In this document: piece by piece, positions 39,182-52,244 of the stretch
Layout: every line of letters starts with the position of its first letter
Position numbering within the stretch: the stretch's first letter is position 1
Assembly (NCBI RefSeq): GCF_028641065.1
Contig: NC_073387.1
Location: forward strand, 15,872,001-15,936,000
From: Leucoraja erinacea
Lineage: Eukaryota
Length of the DNA stretch: 64,000 nucleotides
Direction: 5' to 3'
Program-made: the position numbers and the translations under genes
The notes under the pieces: model-generated
Seen by the model: the letters and a program-made list of their open reading frames with translations, nothing else
Told to the model about the DNA's origin: nothing
The model's database searches: none

Positions 39182-42100
39182 CTTTAGGATGCCCAATTCA
39201 TACATATCCCCTACTTTCCTAATCCCCAGTCTATCCCATTGTTGATATGTGTTGTCGATGAGAGAAGGTTTGAATGCGGGGTTGTTCAATAGTGGGGTTA
39301 GTACTGATAAATTATTTAATTTCAAGGATATTTTTATTTGTTTCCAAATTCTTATTATATTGTGAATAATTGGGTTCTTCTTATATATTATACTATTCAA
39401 TTTTATCGGTGAGAGCAGGATCGTTCCTATATCGTGCGGATAGCACTCCTCTTTCTCCATTCTTATCCACTCCAACTGCTGAGTGGAACTATCCAGCCAG
39501 TACATTATGTTCTTAATATGCACTGCCCAGTAGTAATACATAAAGTTAGGTAATGATAAACCCCCAACTTCTTTAGATTTGCACAAATGCTTTCGTTGAA
39601 TTCTATGTGTTCTGTAGTCCCATATAAAATTAGTGATAGTGGAATCTAGTTTTTTGAAAAAATATTTTGGAATATATATTGGGATAGCTTGAAACAAATA
39701 TATTAATTGTGGTAAGAAAGTCATTTTTATAGCGTTAATTCTACCTAACAATGAGAGCGGAAGCGTTTTCCAAATTTTAATCGTATCATTCAGTTTATTT
39801 AATAGTGGTATAAAATTGGCACTAAATAATGATTTGTGTCTTCTCGTAATTTGAATACCCAGATACTTGAATTTTTCTGTTGCAATTTTGAAGGGGAATT
39901 TTAGTAAGTGTCTCGAATCCTGTGGTTTTAAAGACATAAATTCGCTTTTATTCCAATTTATTCTATATCCTGAAAAAGAGCCGAATTCCTCAATTAGTGT
40001 TAATAAGGTGGGTATACTCGTTTGTGTATTAGTAATATATAAAAGGATATCATCAGCATATAATGAAATTTTATTCTTTGAGTCCTTAGTGTTATATCCG
40101 TGAATATTCGGGTGATTTCTAATCTTTTCGGCCAGCGGTTCTATCATAAGGCAAATAGCAATGGTGATAAGGCACACCCTTGCCTATTACCCCTTGATAA
40201 GTAAAATTTTGGAGATAGCGTATTGTTAGTTAATATTCTTGCCGTAGGTCTATCGTAAAGTAGTTTAACCCATCTAATAAAATTCTCTCCCATATTAAAT
40301 TTTTGGAGTACCTTGTATAAATACTGCCATTCTACTTGATCAAATGCCTTCTCTGCATCCAGCGTGACAACTGAAATATCTTCATTGTCCTCATTATGAG
40401 AGTACATTATATTGAAAAGCCTCCTCAAATTATTAAATGATTGTCTTTTGGGTATAAATCCCGTTTGATCCGTATTTATTAAATTGTTAATATAATTATT
40501 TAGCCTTCTAGCTAGAATCTTTGCTAAAATTTTCTGATCCGTATTTAGAAGTGAAATAGCTCTATAAGAACCCGGTTCATCTAAATCTTTATCTTTTTTT
40601 GGTATAAGCGTTATTGTTGCTTCTGCTAGGGTTTCTGGTAGTTTATTTTCAGTATAAGCCTGCGTGTATAAATTGAATAATCTTGGTACAATTGACTCCT
40701 GAAATCTTTTATAAAATTCATTACTAAAACCGTCTGGTCCTGGGGTCTTCCCATTTTTCAGTGAGTTTATTATTTGTTTTATTTCTTCACTAGTAATCCG
40801 TGCTCCTAATTGCTCTTGTTCTAAACTATCCAATTTTGGGAGCTTGCAATTATCTAAAAAATTTGTAATTTTACTTACATCTGTATTTATTTTAGATGTA
40901 TATAAATTATGATAAAATTGGGCAAACCTCTTATTAATATCCTTAGGCAATGTTAGAAACTCACCCTTATCCGATTTAATTTTAGTAATAGTTTTTTCCT
41001 TTTCTCGTTGCTTCAGTTGCCTCGCAAGTAGTTTATGTGGCTTATCCCCAAATTCGAAGTGTGCTTGTTTTGTAATTTGGAATAATCTTATTACTCTAGC
41101 CGATAGTATTCTATTGACTTTATATTTCAATAAAGTTATCTTATTATGTTTATTTATGGTTGGGTCAGTTGCATTGTCCAGTTCTAGTAATTTTATTTTC
41201 TGTTCTATCCGCTGAAGTTCTCTTTTATTTTCCTTATTTTGAAAACTTTGGTAAGAGATTATGACACCGCGAATATATGCCTTGAAGGTTTCCCATAATA
41301 GCGGTGCAGAAATACCCGGCGTGTCATTTATTTCGAAAAAAAGTTTTGTTTGTTCTTTTATATACTCATAACCCTGCGGGTTATTTAATATGTGTGCATT
41401 GAATCTCCAAAAAGGTTTTATACTCGGCATTCCCTCAATTTTAAGTATAAAAGTCAATGGTGAATGATCAGAAATAATACTATTATGATATGATGGTTTA
41501 TTCGTATACGGGATTAATTTTGTGTCCAATAAGAAATAGTCAATTTGCGAATAAGTTTTGTGAACTGATGAATAAAATGAGTATTCCATACCACTTGGAT
41601 TTGCTATTCTCCAAACATCAGCTATGTTATTATTTTTTATATAAGTATTTAAAAATTCACAGGTCTTAGTTTTAACAAGACGCTTCCCTAGCTTTATTGA
41701 TTTAACTAAGTATGGGTCTATAACACAGTTGAAATCTCCCCCCATTATTATATTTTGAAAATTATGCTCTGCGATTAAATCTATTATTTTCCTAAAAAAT
41801 TGTGGGTTATCAAAATTAGGCGCGTAAATATTTATCATAGTTAATGGTGTATTGTAAATTTCTCCCGTGACTATAACATATCTTCCCTCTTTATCAGATA
41901 TGGATTTCTTTAATTTAAAAGGTATACCCTTCCGAATTATAATGGCCGTGCCTCTTGCTTTAGAGGTGAATGAGGAGTAATAGGTTTGACCTATCCAATT
42001 TGCCCTTAATCTGATCTGAGTTTGTTGTTTCAAGTGTGTCTCTTGTAGGAAAGCAATATCCATATTTAATGATTTTAATTGTGCCAGAATTTTACCCCTC

Positions 42101-44403
42101 TTAATTGGCTCATTCGCACCTATGATGTTCCAACTACAGAAGGTGAGACCTCCAACATTTATTCAACTATTATCTTGCATTGGCTATTATTACCAGACTG
42201 TATGATTCATGTGATGCAGCCAAGTACCTCGGAATCCCGAATCCAGAGTTGTCCTTCATAATTTCTACAGTAGTTTTACATCTCCTGACACTATTAAACA
42301 TAATTAAGGGAAAGAGAAAAACATAAAATAAAGTGTACATAAAAATTATTAAGTCTTACAACACATAATTGTGAATAAACAAAAAAAGTGAATGTAATTT
42401 ATCAAAAAAGCGATAAATTACAAAAAAGCCACCTAAGGTAGCTAGATTTGTTTTTAAATTGACCTCTGTCGATGAGATTATGCACTGGGCCTTATCCCCC
42501 TATTAGAATTTGACCCAACGTTAGTCGGTTCCCTCTAATTGTTACCCAAATTATCATATCAGATCAATTAATCGCTGAACAGTTTAAAATAGAATAAAAT
42601 AAAAGGGAGGGTAGAAGATTTGGATTAAAATAAAAGTAATTATGGGTTAAAGTACCTCGTCAATAATTACACTTTTCATTTACCTGTATGTTAGTTAATT
42701 CATAATTAGTATTTAGTATTTAAAATATATGTCTAACCTCCCCCATCCTTCCTGCTATATAGTTAGTCGTGTTAGTATAGAACATTATGCCTTTAATGTT
42801 GGATGAGTTTATTGCGCGTAATTGGTTAATTAGTTAGTTAGTTATATGTGTAAATAATAGGACATATAGTGTGGAACAGATGCCTCATATCATGGCCATT
42901 TCAAAAGGAGACGGTCTCATAGTTCTCCCTGCTGAAGGGTTTGGTGACGAGCTTGCGACCTTGAGCTTTCATATGTGCTTTCAGTTCAGGAGTTTAATTT
43001 GGCCTATGTTATTGAACAACACATTCTTGCCAGATAAGCCTGTCTGGTAACCGTCTGAAGCGTTCTAGTGTCTTAATTGAAACAGAAAAAACAAAGTTCC
43101 ACAGATAAAATGGCTATTAATCTGTTCCTCCTTGAATTTTGTTTAAAATCTCCTGGGCGTATTTGCAAGCAGAGTCCGGGTCCGTGAATGAGTGTTGCTT
43201 GCCCTTAAACGTAATTAGCATTTTCGCTGGATAGATCATGCCATAACGAACTTCAGAATGTCCATATAAAATACTGCTTGCCCTTTTAAACTCGCGTCTT
43301 TTTGCCAGAATTTCCCGAGGATAATCCCTGTAGAATCTTACGATATTATCAGCGAATGTAAGATTTTCTCCACAGGTTATCTTCTTTAATAGAGTTTCCA
43401 CAGTTGAAATATCTAGGAACTTTACAATAATTTGCCTTGGTGTAGCATTATCATGTTTTTGGAAGCGACCCACTCGATGAGCCAGATCTATCTTTGGTTT
43501 TTCTGGAAGTTTGAAAACATCTTTAAGTAGATTAGTAATAAAATCACGCATTTGAAGGCCGTGTTCAGCACCCTCTTTAACTCCTACTATTCTCAGATTT
43601 TGCCTCCTTGACCTGGCCTCTAAATCTTGACATTTCTCATTCAGTTTATTCGTTAGCTCCCAATTCGTATCGTGTTGTTTTTTCAGACCTGTTATTTCTT
43701 GGCTCATCTGTTCCATTTCACCCTCCATCTCTTCCATCAATTTTTCCGTGTCTGTTAATTGCTTCAACAGGGTGTCATGTTTATTGTTATAATCTCTCTG
43801 CATACTTTCCAATTCCTTCGCAGTCCTGGACTCCAAATCTTTAAACTGCTGGTTCAGGGCTACATAAAGCTCTTTTACTTCGCCGCAGCTATTTTCTTAG
43901 AAAGATTGCCCTCCATAGTGGAGAAGTTGTTCTGAATTGTAGAATTCATTTTGGCAAATTGCTTCTGAAGATCTTTAGTAATGTCTTTAAGAATATTAGC
44001 TCTTACCGTTTCTTCCCAGCTTTTCATTTCTTTCTCCTTTGTATCACTTCTCGCAGCCATATCGCTTGTAGGTTGTTGAGGTTCCAGCTCCTCTTCCAAA
44101 CTTTCAAAAGTGGGTTCAGGGGTGGTTTCAAGCTCATCCAGAGCTTTTTGGAGCTGGAAACTGATTGTAGTCTTCTTGGGTCCTCTCTGACCTCTTCTCT
44201 TTCTCATCCAGTTTTTACGATAAGATCGTTTAAAATCCCAAATCCACCAGTACCGTTTGATGGAGTCAGTACCCTCGACGTTCAGCAAACCTGATAAGAA
44301 TTTTTAACTCGATCCTGGCATGGGAGTCGACTTTAAACACGATTTGTCTGGAGGAGAGCTCAGTGCAGCTGCCTTCACTGCTTCATAGCAGCCACCGGAA
44401 GTC
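39182..44403 (-). mobile_element. L1 LINE, 5' intact and 3' truncated
   Basis: 5' gacttccggtgg. ORF1 44288-43117 (one stop; LEARSRRQNLRIVGV). ORF2 about 42180-39182 with APE and RT (LYADD), one frameshift near 40150. No CCHC, 3'UTR or poly-A. Confidence 0.93.
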
Positions 44404-44409
44404 GAGTCC

Positions 44410-45180
44410 ATTATTTTCAATGTTCATCAATGGTATTGACAAGGAAACAAATTTAATGTTTCTAAGTTTGATGACATGAAACTGAGAATAAATAGAAGCA
44501 AAGAGGATGCAAAGAGGTTTCCAGACGATCTCAGCCAGTCGAGTTACTTGTCAAATATACACAGATATTGCAGCAGAGAGTCATAGAGCTGTACAGCATG
44601 GAAATAGACACATTGACCCAACACACACATGCTAACCAACATGTCCAACTGACCCCATCACAATTGGCTGCACCTGGCCCATGTCTCTCCAGACATGTCT
44701 TTGTGCTCTCCTTACCAGAGAAAGGGTTTTTCAGCCACAAAGGGAATACAGCCAAGGCTGACTAGACTGATTCCTGGAATGGCAGGACTAATGTGTAAGG
44801 AGAGGAGGAGCTAACTGAGCCAGTAGTTACTGGAGTTTGGAAGACTTAACAGGACCTCTCTAAACTAAACAAAATTCAAAGCAGAGCTAGACAGAGCTAG
44901 ACAGACTCGATACGTAAGGATATTTCCAGTGACTGTACGATCTGGAACAAGGGGTTTTGGACTCAAGATAAGGGGTGAGACATTTAGGGCTGAGAAATGT
45001 CTTCATTGTGAAAATGCCGAGCCATTTAAATTCACCCCACAGAAAATGGTGGATGGCAGGTCACTGAATCTTGTTAAGTAGGGGATAGATTTATTTGACA
45101 TAAAATGCATCAAAATTTATCGGGAGAGAATTGGAATATGATATTGTTTTGAATGATTAAACAGGCTCAAAGTGACAAAT
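44410..45180 (+). mobile_element. Old degraded CR1 remnant; its upstream part lies at about 39065-39180, split by the L1
   Basis: Degenerate SKFDDMKL, actagactgattcctggaatgg and ctcaagataagggg segments. Confidence 0.6.
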
Positions 45181-45187
45181 AATCCAC

Positions 45188-45487
45188 CCCTGATTCTCTT
45201 TTGCTTGTTTCAATACGTTTGGGGATGGTTTGATGTTTTCTTTGTCCTTCACACTTCTGATGTTTATTGTGCAATTTAGTCGAGATAAAAAACAGGAAGC
45301 AAAACAGCCCAGAGCTCAGAATAGACGAATCATTGTGGTTAAATTGCAAGGCAGCTCTTCATGCAGCCTAACCATTGCTCTGAATTTTGCATCAGGTCCT
45401 GAATGTGATATGGGGAAATGCAGAATCCTTGCACCCTTAAAACCTCACATTTTTTTATATTCAAAAATAAACTTTATTTCAGAATAA
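45188..45487 (+). repeat. About 300-bp direct repeat, second copy at 47509-47817, flanking the gene A leader exon
   Basis: Colinear high similarity; both copies carry AGATAA, AGGAAG and TGTGGTT motifs. Confidence 0.85.
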
Positions 45488-46490
45488 AACATATATACGA
45501 AACTAGTCTGAAGGGTCCCGACTTGAAACTATCCTTGTCCTCCAGGAGTGCTGCCTGACACTGAGTTACTCCAGTATTTTATGTATTTCTTTGGTAAACC
45601 AGCATCTGCAGTTCCACATTTCTATACAAAACTAACACACTCTTGGTGTCTATACATTCAATAGTGTCACACTCAGTAGTGTTTGCACCCATATTTACAC
45701 AATACGCCATTGACTGTTATTTGCCACTCCTGGGGTGATATCCCTTCCCTTGTATGGGTGACCCACCAGTTCTCCAATGACCAGCAGGGGAAGGACCCAA
45801 GACAGTGATCCTCCCTAACAGAGTCTATAAGTTGTTTGTACAAAGCTTCAGTGCGTCCCTCAGCACGTTATACTGCAGTCTGGAATGGGTCAATCAGCCT
45901 CATTCCTAGATGGACCTCTCTTTGTCATATCGTTGTTTTATTCCTCAGCACAGTAACAGTGTATGGGACATGGGGCAATGTTCCTGTCCTCATAATCTAG
46001 ACTTTGACCCACAGTGGGCAGCACCAGAACAAAAATAATGCATTTGAAGATTTGTCTATAGAAACAAGTAAACAGATTCCTGTCTCTGTATCACCAGCGT
46101 CCTCAAGGAGAGACAACCTGCGATCCTTATACAGTGTGTGCTGTACATGACCACGGGGCACAATAACGTGGGTGACTGTGAAGTGGCTCACAATTGGGTC
46201 AGTTGAAGGATAATTCAGGATGGCATGAAAGTGTCCACATTTAATGGAAACATTAAAAATGAGAAATGTTCAACTGCTTTTTTCCTTTACCAGTCCTATA
46301 GAGCTGCATCATGACCTCCTGACTCTGATGTTCAATGGCCTTAGCATTGAAGGCAAGCATACTCCACCCTATCTACTTGTGCTGCCACCTTCAGTGTCCG
46401 ATCAACTTGTAGCCCAAATGTGCTGAAGATATGTGTCTCAGATAAGCTCAGTCTAAAACTGCACGTTATTTCTCACAGGGAATCCACGAA

Positions 46491-46578
46491 ATGAGGCCGA
46501 AGTTTCTCTGCAGCGGTTTTCCAGATGGTTTGATGTTCGGTGTCTTTGTTTTCCTGCTTCGATCTGTTTCCACACAGA
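46491..46578 (+). CDS. Gene A leader/signal-peptide exon (MRPKFLCSGFPDGLMFGVFVFLLRSVSTQ)
   Basis: ATG, hydrophobic core FGVFVFLL and small-residue end. Phase-1 donor A|gtaagt at 46579; upstream acceptor tctcacag at 46478. An inverted homologue lies at 33943-34029. Confidence 0.75.
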
Positions 46579-47974
46579 GTAAGTGCTTTCACTTCACCGG
46601 TCACAATCACCTTGCTGTACTTTATCATTGTCCGTGTAAACCCGCACCCTTTTGTCAATCTCACTTTCCTCTCCACATCCCTGAATGTGCTGCTGCTCAC
46701 AAATCCATGCCATCCTTTTTGGAGCTCCATTCCTGAGCCCCTCGCATCAACTGCCTCCCCTCAGGGAGATATTCCCACCTGTGAGCTTGTTGCACAGGTC
46801 GCTGCCCAAGAATCACCCGCAATATCTTCACTTCACGCTCCCGCACAGTTCCGTCGTGCTGCCTCAAACAATAAGTGAGTTCTGTATTCTGAATAACGCA
46901 AGGAATCATGGGATTTGTCAAAGTTAGTAAGCTATAACAGTAAATAGATCTCAGCGTTATAGATACAATGAGTATACTTTTGGTCCGATTTTTTGTCTTT
47001 TGTCATGGTTGATTCAAAGTTCCAAGATATGAAGCTGGAAGATTTTATGTCATGGAAAGTCGAAGCTTTGAAGATTTTCTTAGCAGAGAGGGGGTTAAAA
47101 AATATGGGACGAAAAGCTGTACTTGTAGCTCTTGCTGTAGCTACAGCAATTTAAATCAGTCCAAAGAACTCCTTAAAGTCTATTGAAAGTTATAGAAATC
47201 AAACATTTAATTTCACTCCCCCCACCCTCAAGAAAAAAAAAATGCGTATCATTTATCTTGGCGATCTCGCTCACTCATGGAGGCATGAACCAATAAAAAC
47301 GAGAAAAATATCGCAGCTTTTTACAAAGGAAAAATAAATGCAACAAATTAATAGTTTTAAAACAGTATTTCCTTACTATAGTACTATCGAAACCACAGAG
47401 GAAATGAAGCCCTGTTTACACAAATCAGCTCAGCGCCCCTCGAGAGATCGGGGTGGGGGAGAGACCGGGGGTGGGGTGGATGGGTGGGGGGGAGACCGGG
47501 CGGGAGAACCCCTGGTTCTCTTTTGCATGTTTCAATAGGTTTGGGATAGTTTGATGTTATCTTTGTCCTTCACAATTCTGATATTTATTTACACATTGTG
47601 AAATTTAGTTGAGATAAAAAATAGGAAGCGAGTCAGCCCAGAGCTGAGAATAGACGAATCATTGTGGTTAAATGGCAAGACAGCTCTTCATGCAGCCTTG
47701 ACCATTTCTCTGAATTTTGCATCAGGTCCTGAATGTGATATGGGGAAATGCAGAATCCTTGCACCCTTCAAACCTCACATTTTTTAATATTCAAAAATAA
47801 ACTTTATTTCAGAATAATAAAGACCGGGCAAGGGGGAGCCCAGGCCGGGGGAGGGGGGGGAGACTGGACCGGCTCTCATCCGGAGAACTGCGTCTCGTTT
47901 CCAGTCAGGATCGGACCCGTGTCCCCGCAACCACAAACGCTGCCAAACTGCAAGCGCTGCATAACCGTCACTGG

Positions 47975-48106
47975 NNNNNNNNNNNNNNNNNNNNNNNNNN
48001 NNNNNNNNNNNNNNNNNNNNNNNNNNNNNNNNNNNNNNNNNNNNNNNNNNNNNNNNNNNNNNNNNNNNNNNNNNNNNNNNNNNNNNNNNNNNNNNNNNNN
48101 NNNNNN
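47975..48106. other. Assembly gap (132 N) in gene A intron
   Basis: Run of N ending 18 nt before the D1 exon. Confidence 1.
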
Positions 48107-48124
48107 TGCTCCTCTTTCCAACAG

Positions 48125-48463
48125 AAATCAGAAATCTGGTTTATTTCTTGGATAATGGAGGCAACATTACGTTAAAAGGACCGGACAATCCTGGGAGTGA
48201 CGTTGTTGTTTGGGAATGGAAACCACACTCAGGGCATGGAATCCAGACAGTGTTAACTGGCAGCAGAGCGGACAAGCATTGGACCATCCAGTGGGGCGAT
48301 GGCTGGAGAGAGAGTGACAAGAACCAGGAGGTGGATGTGGATGCCAGTACTTGTAATCTGACAATAAAAAACAACGCATTTAAATGGGCGGGATTCTTCA
48401 CTTTGTCTAAAACACAACCGAGGAAGCAAATCCTGAAACAATATGAAATATTTGGGATCAAAG
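48125..48463 (+). CDS. Gene A Ig domain 1 exon (V-like, lacks canonical B/F cysteines)
   Basis: ttccaacag acceptor, G|gtgagt donor, 339 nt, phase 1-1. Sequence KIRNLVYFLDNGGNITLKGPDNP..VWEWKPHSG..NLTIKNNAFKWAGFFTL..YEIFGIK; paralogous to D5 and to 33123-33458. Confidence 0.8.
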
Positions 48464-48585
48464 GTGAGTGGGCGAGACACGGATCAATAATGTGTTTCTC
48501 TGTATGTAAAGTCACATGTAAATCTATGTTTTGATGTTAATACTCCAGTCACTCTGGGCTGTGGGTAATAATTGGGCTACAGTTA

Positions 48586-49269
48586 AGGGCCTGTCCCCCT
48601 TACGTAACATTGTCACGCAAATTACGCGACCTCGTGGTCGTGTTGAGGCGCACGGGCATCCTATGGCCACGTGGGGCCGGTCCCACTGAGAGGAGGGGTA
48701 TGTAGTTGTGCGTGACATCGCGCGGGGCCCCGAAATTTCTGTAGCGAGCAAAATCTTTGCGCACCAACGGCCTGTCGCATAACTGACGGCCAAAGTGGGA
48801 CCGGCCCAAGACGCTGGCGCGACGCAATTTCTCACCTGCAACAGCAGCAGAAGCAGGCAAACGATCGCCGAGCTCGGCCTGGGGCTCACGGACGTTGCAG
48901 TCCGGTTCCGCCCCCACTTCTACTCCCAGAGCGGGGCCAAGAAAATTGAAGGTAGACACAAAATGCAGGAGTAACTCAGCGGGACCGGCAGCATCTCTGG
49001 AGAGGAGCAATGGGTGACGTTTCGGGTCAAGAGCCTTCTTTTCAGATTGAAGAAGAGCCTCGACACGAAACGTCACCCATTCCTTCTCTCCAGAGTTGCT
49101 GCCATTCCCACAGAGTTACTTTGTGTCCATCTTCAAATGACGTCACGCGCTCCAGACGGTAGTGTGTACGCATTAAATCGTGCGCGACCCTCGTGGGACC
49201 GTCACGGCTCAACGTGACCATGAGGTCGCGTAATTTGCGTGCCAAGGACACGTAAGTGGGACAGGCCCT
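48586..49269. mobile_element. PIF/Harbinger-type MITE
   Basis: TIR agggcctgtccc(c/a)cttacgt ... acgtaagtgggacaggccct; TTA target duplication on both sides. Confidence 0.85.
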
Positions 49270-49649
49270 TTAGTTTCTTCACTTTTCTTTGATCACAGAC
49301 AATCGCAGTAGCAGGTAACTCAACATGTCCACCAGGGGACTTTTATACGCTCCACAAATTAATTCCCCAATACAACAGTAGGAACCAAAAGACTAACTCA
49401 TAAGATTAACTTATAAATATCTGATACAATAATTATAATATAATTCGTAGCCTTATTATGACAACAATAGAAATAATTATAATATCATTAGTAGCCATAT
49501 AATGACTTCAATAGAAATAATATATTGTATAGTATTATTATTATTATAATAAACCGTACAAAAATAAATGCAATACAATACAACTTAGATTACAATCTTC
49601 CCTTGCTACAAAAAGAAATGTCCTTATTTAAACAGTGACCAACAAGCCA

Positions 49650-51260
49650 CAGCACTGGCAATAGACACAACAAGTGTCTGGAGGAACTCAACAGGACAGG
49701 CAGCATCTCTGGAGAGAAGGAATGGGTGACGTTTCGGGTTGAGATCCTTCTTCTTCAGACTGGTTAGGAATAAGGGAAACGAGAGATATAGACAGTGATG
49801 TGGAGAGATAAAGAACAATGAATGAAAGATATACACAAAAGTGACGATGATAAAAGAAACAGGCTGTTTGTAGCGTGAAAATGAGAAGCTAGTGTGAATA
49901 GGGTGGGGGAGGGATGGAGAGCGAGGGAATGCAGGGGCTACCTGAAGTGAGAGAAATCAATATTCATACCACAGGGCTGTAAGCTGCCCCAGTGAAATAT
50001 GAGATGCTGTTCCTCCAATTTGCATTTAGCCTCACTCTGACAATGAAGGAGAACGAGGACAGAAAGGTCTGTGTAGGAATGGGTAGGTCAATTGAAGTGT
50101 CCAGCAACTGGGAGATCATGTTGGTTCACGTGGGCTGAACGATGGTGTTCCGTGAAACAATCGACCAGTCTGCCTTTGGTCTCGCCGATGTAAAAGAGTC
50201 CAAATCTTGAACAACGAATACAGTAGATTAGGTTGGAGGAGGTGCAAGAAAACCTCTGCCTCACCTGAAATAGCTTTCGGGGTCCCTGGACAGAGCCAAG
50301 GGAGGAGGTATAGTGACAGGTGTTGCATCTTCGGCGGTTGCAGGGGAAGGTATCTGGGGAGTGGGTGGTTTGGGTGGGAAGGAATGAGTTAACCAGGGAG
50401 TTGCGGAGGGAACGGTCTCTGCGGAAGGTGGGAAGGGTTGGAGATGGGGAAATGTGGCTAGTGGTGGGATCCCGTTGGTGGTGGCAAAATTTAGGAGGAT
50501 TATATGTTGTGTACAACTGCTGATGGGACTAGGGGGACTCTGTCTCTGTTGTGACTAGGGTGGAGAGGACGCAAGGGCAGAGCTGTGGAGTACCGAGGAG
50601 ACAAGAGTGAGGGCCTCATGAATGATGGGAGAGGGGAACCCCGTTGCCTAAAGAATGAGGACATCTCGTATGTTGTGGTATGGAACACCTCATCTAGAGT
50701 GCAGATGCGGCGTAAAAGGAAGAATTGAAAGTAGGGGATAGAGTCTTTGCAGGAAGCAGGGTGGGAAAAAGTGTAGTTGAGATAGTTGTGGGAGTCAGTG
50801 GGTTTGTAATTGATGTCAGTCAATAGTGTATTTCTTGTGATGGAGACTGTGATATCAAGAAAGGGAAGGGAGGTGTCAGAGATGGTCCAAGAAAATGTGA
50901 AAGCAGGATGAAAATTGGTGGTGAAGTGGATGTTCCATGAGTTCTGCATGGGTGCATGAGTTAGCAACGATGCAGCATCAATGTAATGAAGATAGAGTTT
51001 GGGGATATGGCCAGTGTACGCCTGAAACAGAGATTGTTCAACATACCGAACCAATAGGGAGTCATAGCTGGGGCCAATGCGGGTGCCCATTGCTACGCCT
51101 GGAACATGGAGGAAGTGAAATGAGTCAAAGGAGAAGTTTTTGAGGGTGTGGACCAGCACCGCTAACACCATCACTAATTTCATCACTTCTGGCTGTCTGC
51201 CTTCCACAGCCTCCAACCATATAGTTTCCCAGCCCCGCAAAGCCAGTTTTTACCTTCTCT
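49650..51260 (-). mobile_element. Penelope-like element (RT plus GIY-YIG), degenerate; further fragments at about 53020-53690
   Basis: GVAMGTRIGPSY, LPFLDI, YKPTDSHNYL, CxxxxCxxC and NLIYCIRC..YIGETK..HFN motifs. Confidence 0.85.
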
Positions 51261-51974
51261 CATAGGCCTGGCCAAGCTGGCCACCTGCGAGTCATGGCGC
51301 CAGGTGGATGAGGGCTCTGCCCGAGCCAGCTGCCTGCCGCTTTTCCGGGGTTACGTCCGTGCCCGGGTGGTTTTGGAGAGGGACTATGAACTCTGGGGGA
51401 ATTCCGGGACCGTTGGGCACCGCGGGGGGTTGAATGCATCCTTGACAAGGACTGTAAGATAGTTGTATAATAGTTTATTGTTTGGCTTGTATTATGGTGG
51501 TGGGTTGTGTTGTGTTTTATTGTCTTGTAAATATTACTTTAATATTTGAATAAATGTATTGAACAGCAACAACGTAACTGTGTAGACCGATACTGGTTCA
51601 GATGAGTTTATTGTCATAAACACCAGGATGAAAATACATTTTTGTTCACATGAAGCTCATTGAGTAAAAGTTAATGATGGATAAAATTATAAACACAATA
51701 AATGCAACACAGCAGAACAGTGCAGAGTTTTCAGAGCTGTCTGAATGAACGCAAAATAAAACTAAGGTACAATAACTGCAAGAACATGTGACAGCACCAC
51801 CAGGAAGTGCGAGTGAAGGTGATGTCAAGAGTCTGAAATCACTAGGAAATCACTGGGAAAGAAGTTGTTCTTCAGTCTTTATGTCTACGTTATCAGTTGA
51901 GGTGAGATTGAGCCCAGTCATTGGACTGTCCACACCACTACTCACTCTGAATCTCATTGATCTGTTTTTCACAG

Positions 51975-52244
51975 TTGAGGCAAGTCCACAGCGCCCTCTG
52001 CTGGGCAGTGACGTCACACTCAGCTGCACCATCTCCAGACTGTCAGATACAGTCAGTCTTCACTGGAGACCAATGGACTCATCCCAGCAGAACAGGAGCA
52101 ACACTGATCAGATCCGCCTGAATAACACGGTCTATCTGATGGTTCGACATGTTACAGTGGAGGATGGGAAGCTGTATGTGTGTGAAGTGCAGGAAAATGG
52201 AAAAATCGTTCATACAAGTAAAGCCAATTTTAATGTTACTGTGG
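51975..52244 (+). CDS. Gene A Ig domain 2 exon (C2-type)
   Basis: gtttttcacag acceptor, G|gtgagt donor, 270 nt. VEASPQRPLLGSDVTLSC..LHW..EDGKLYVC gives the C-W-C Ig signature. Confidence 0.9.
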
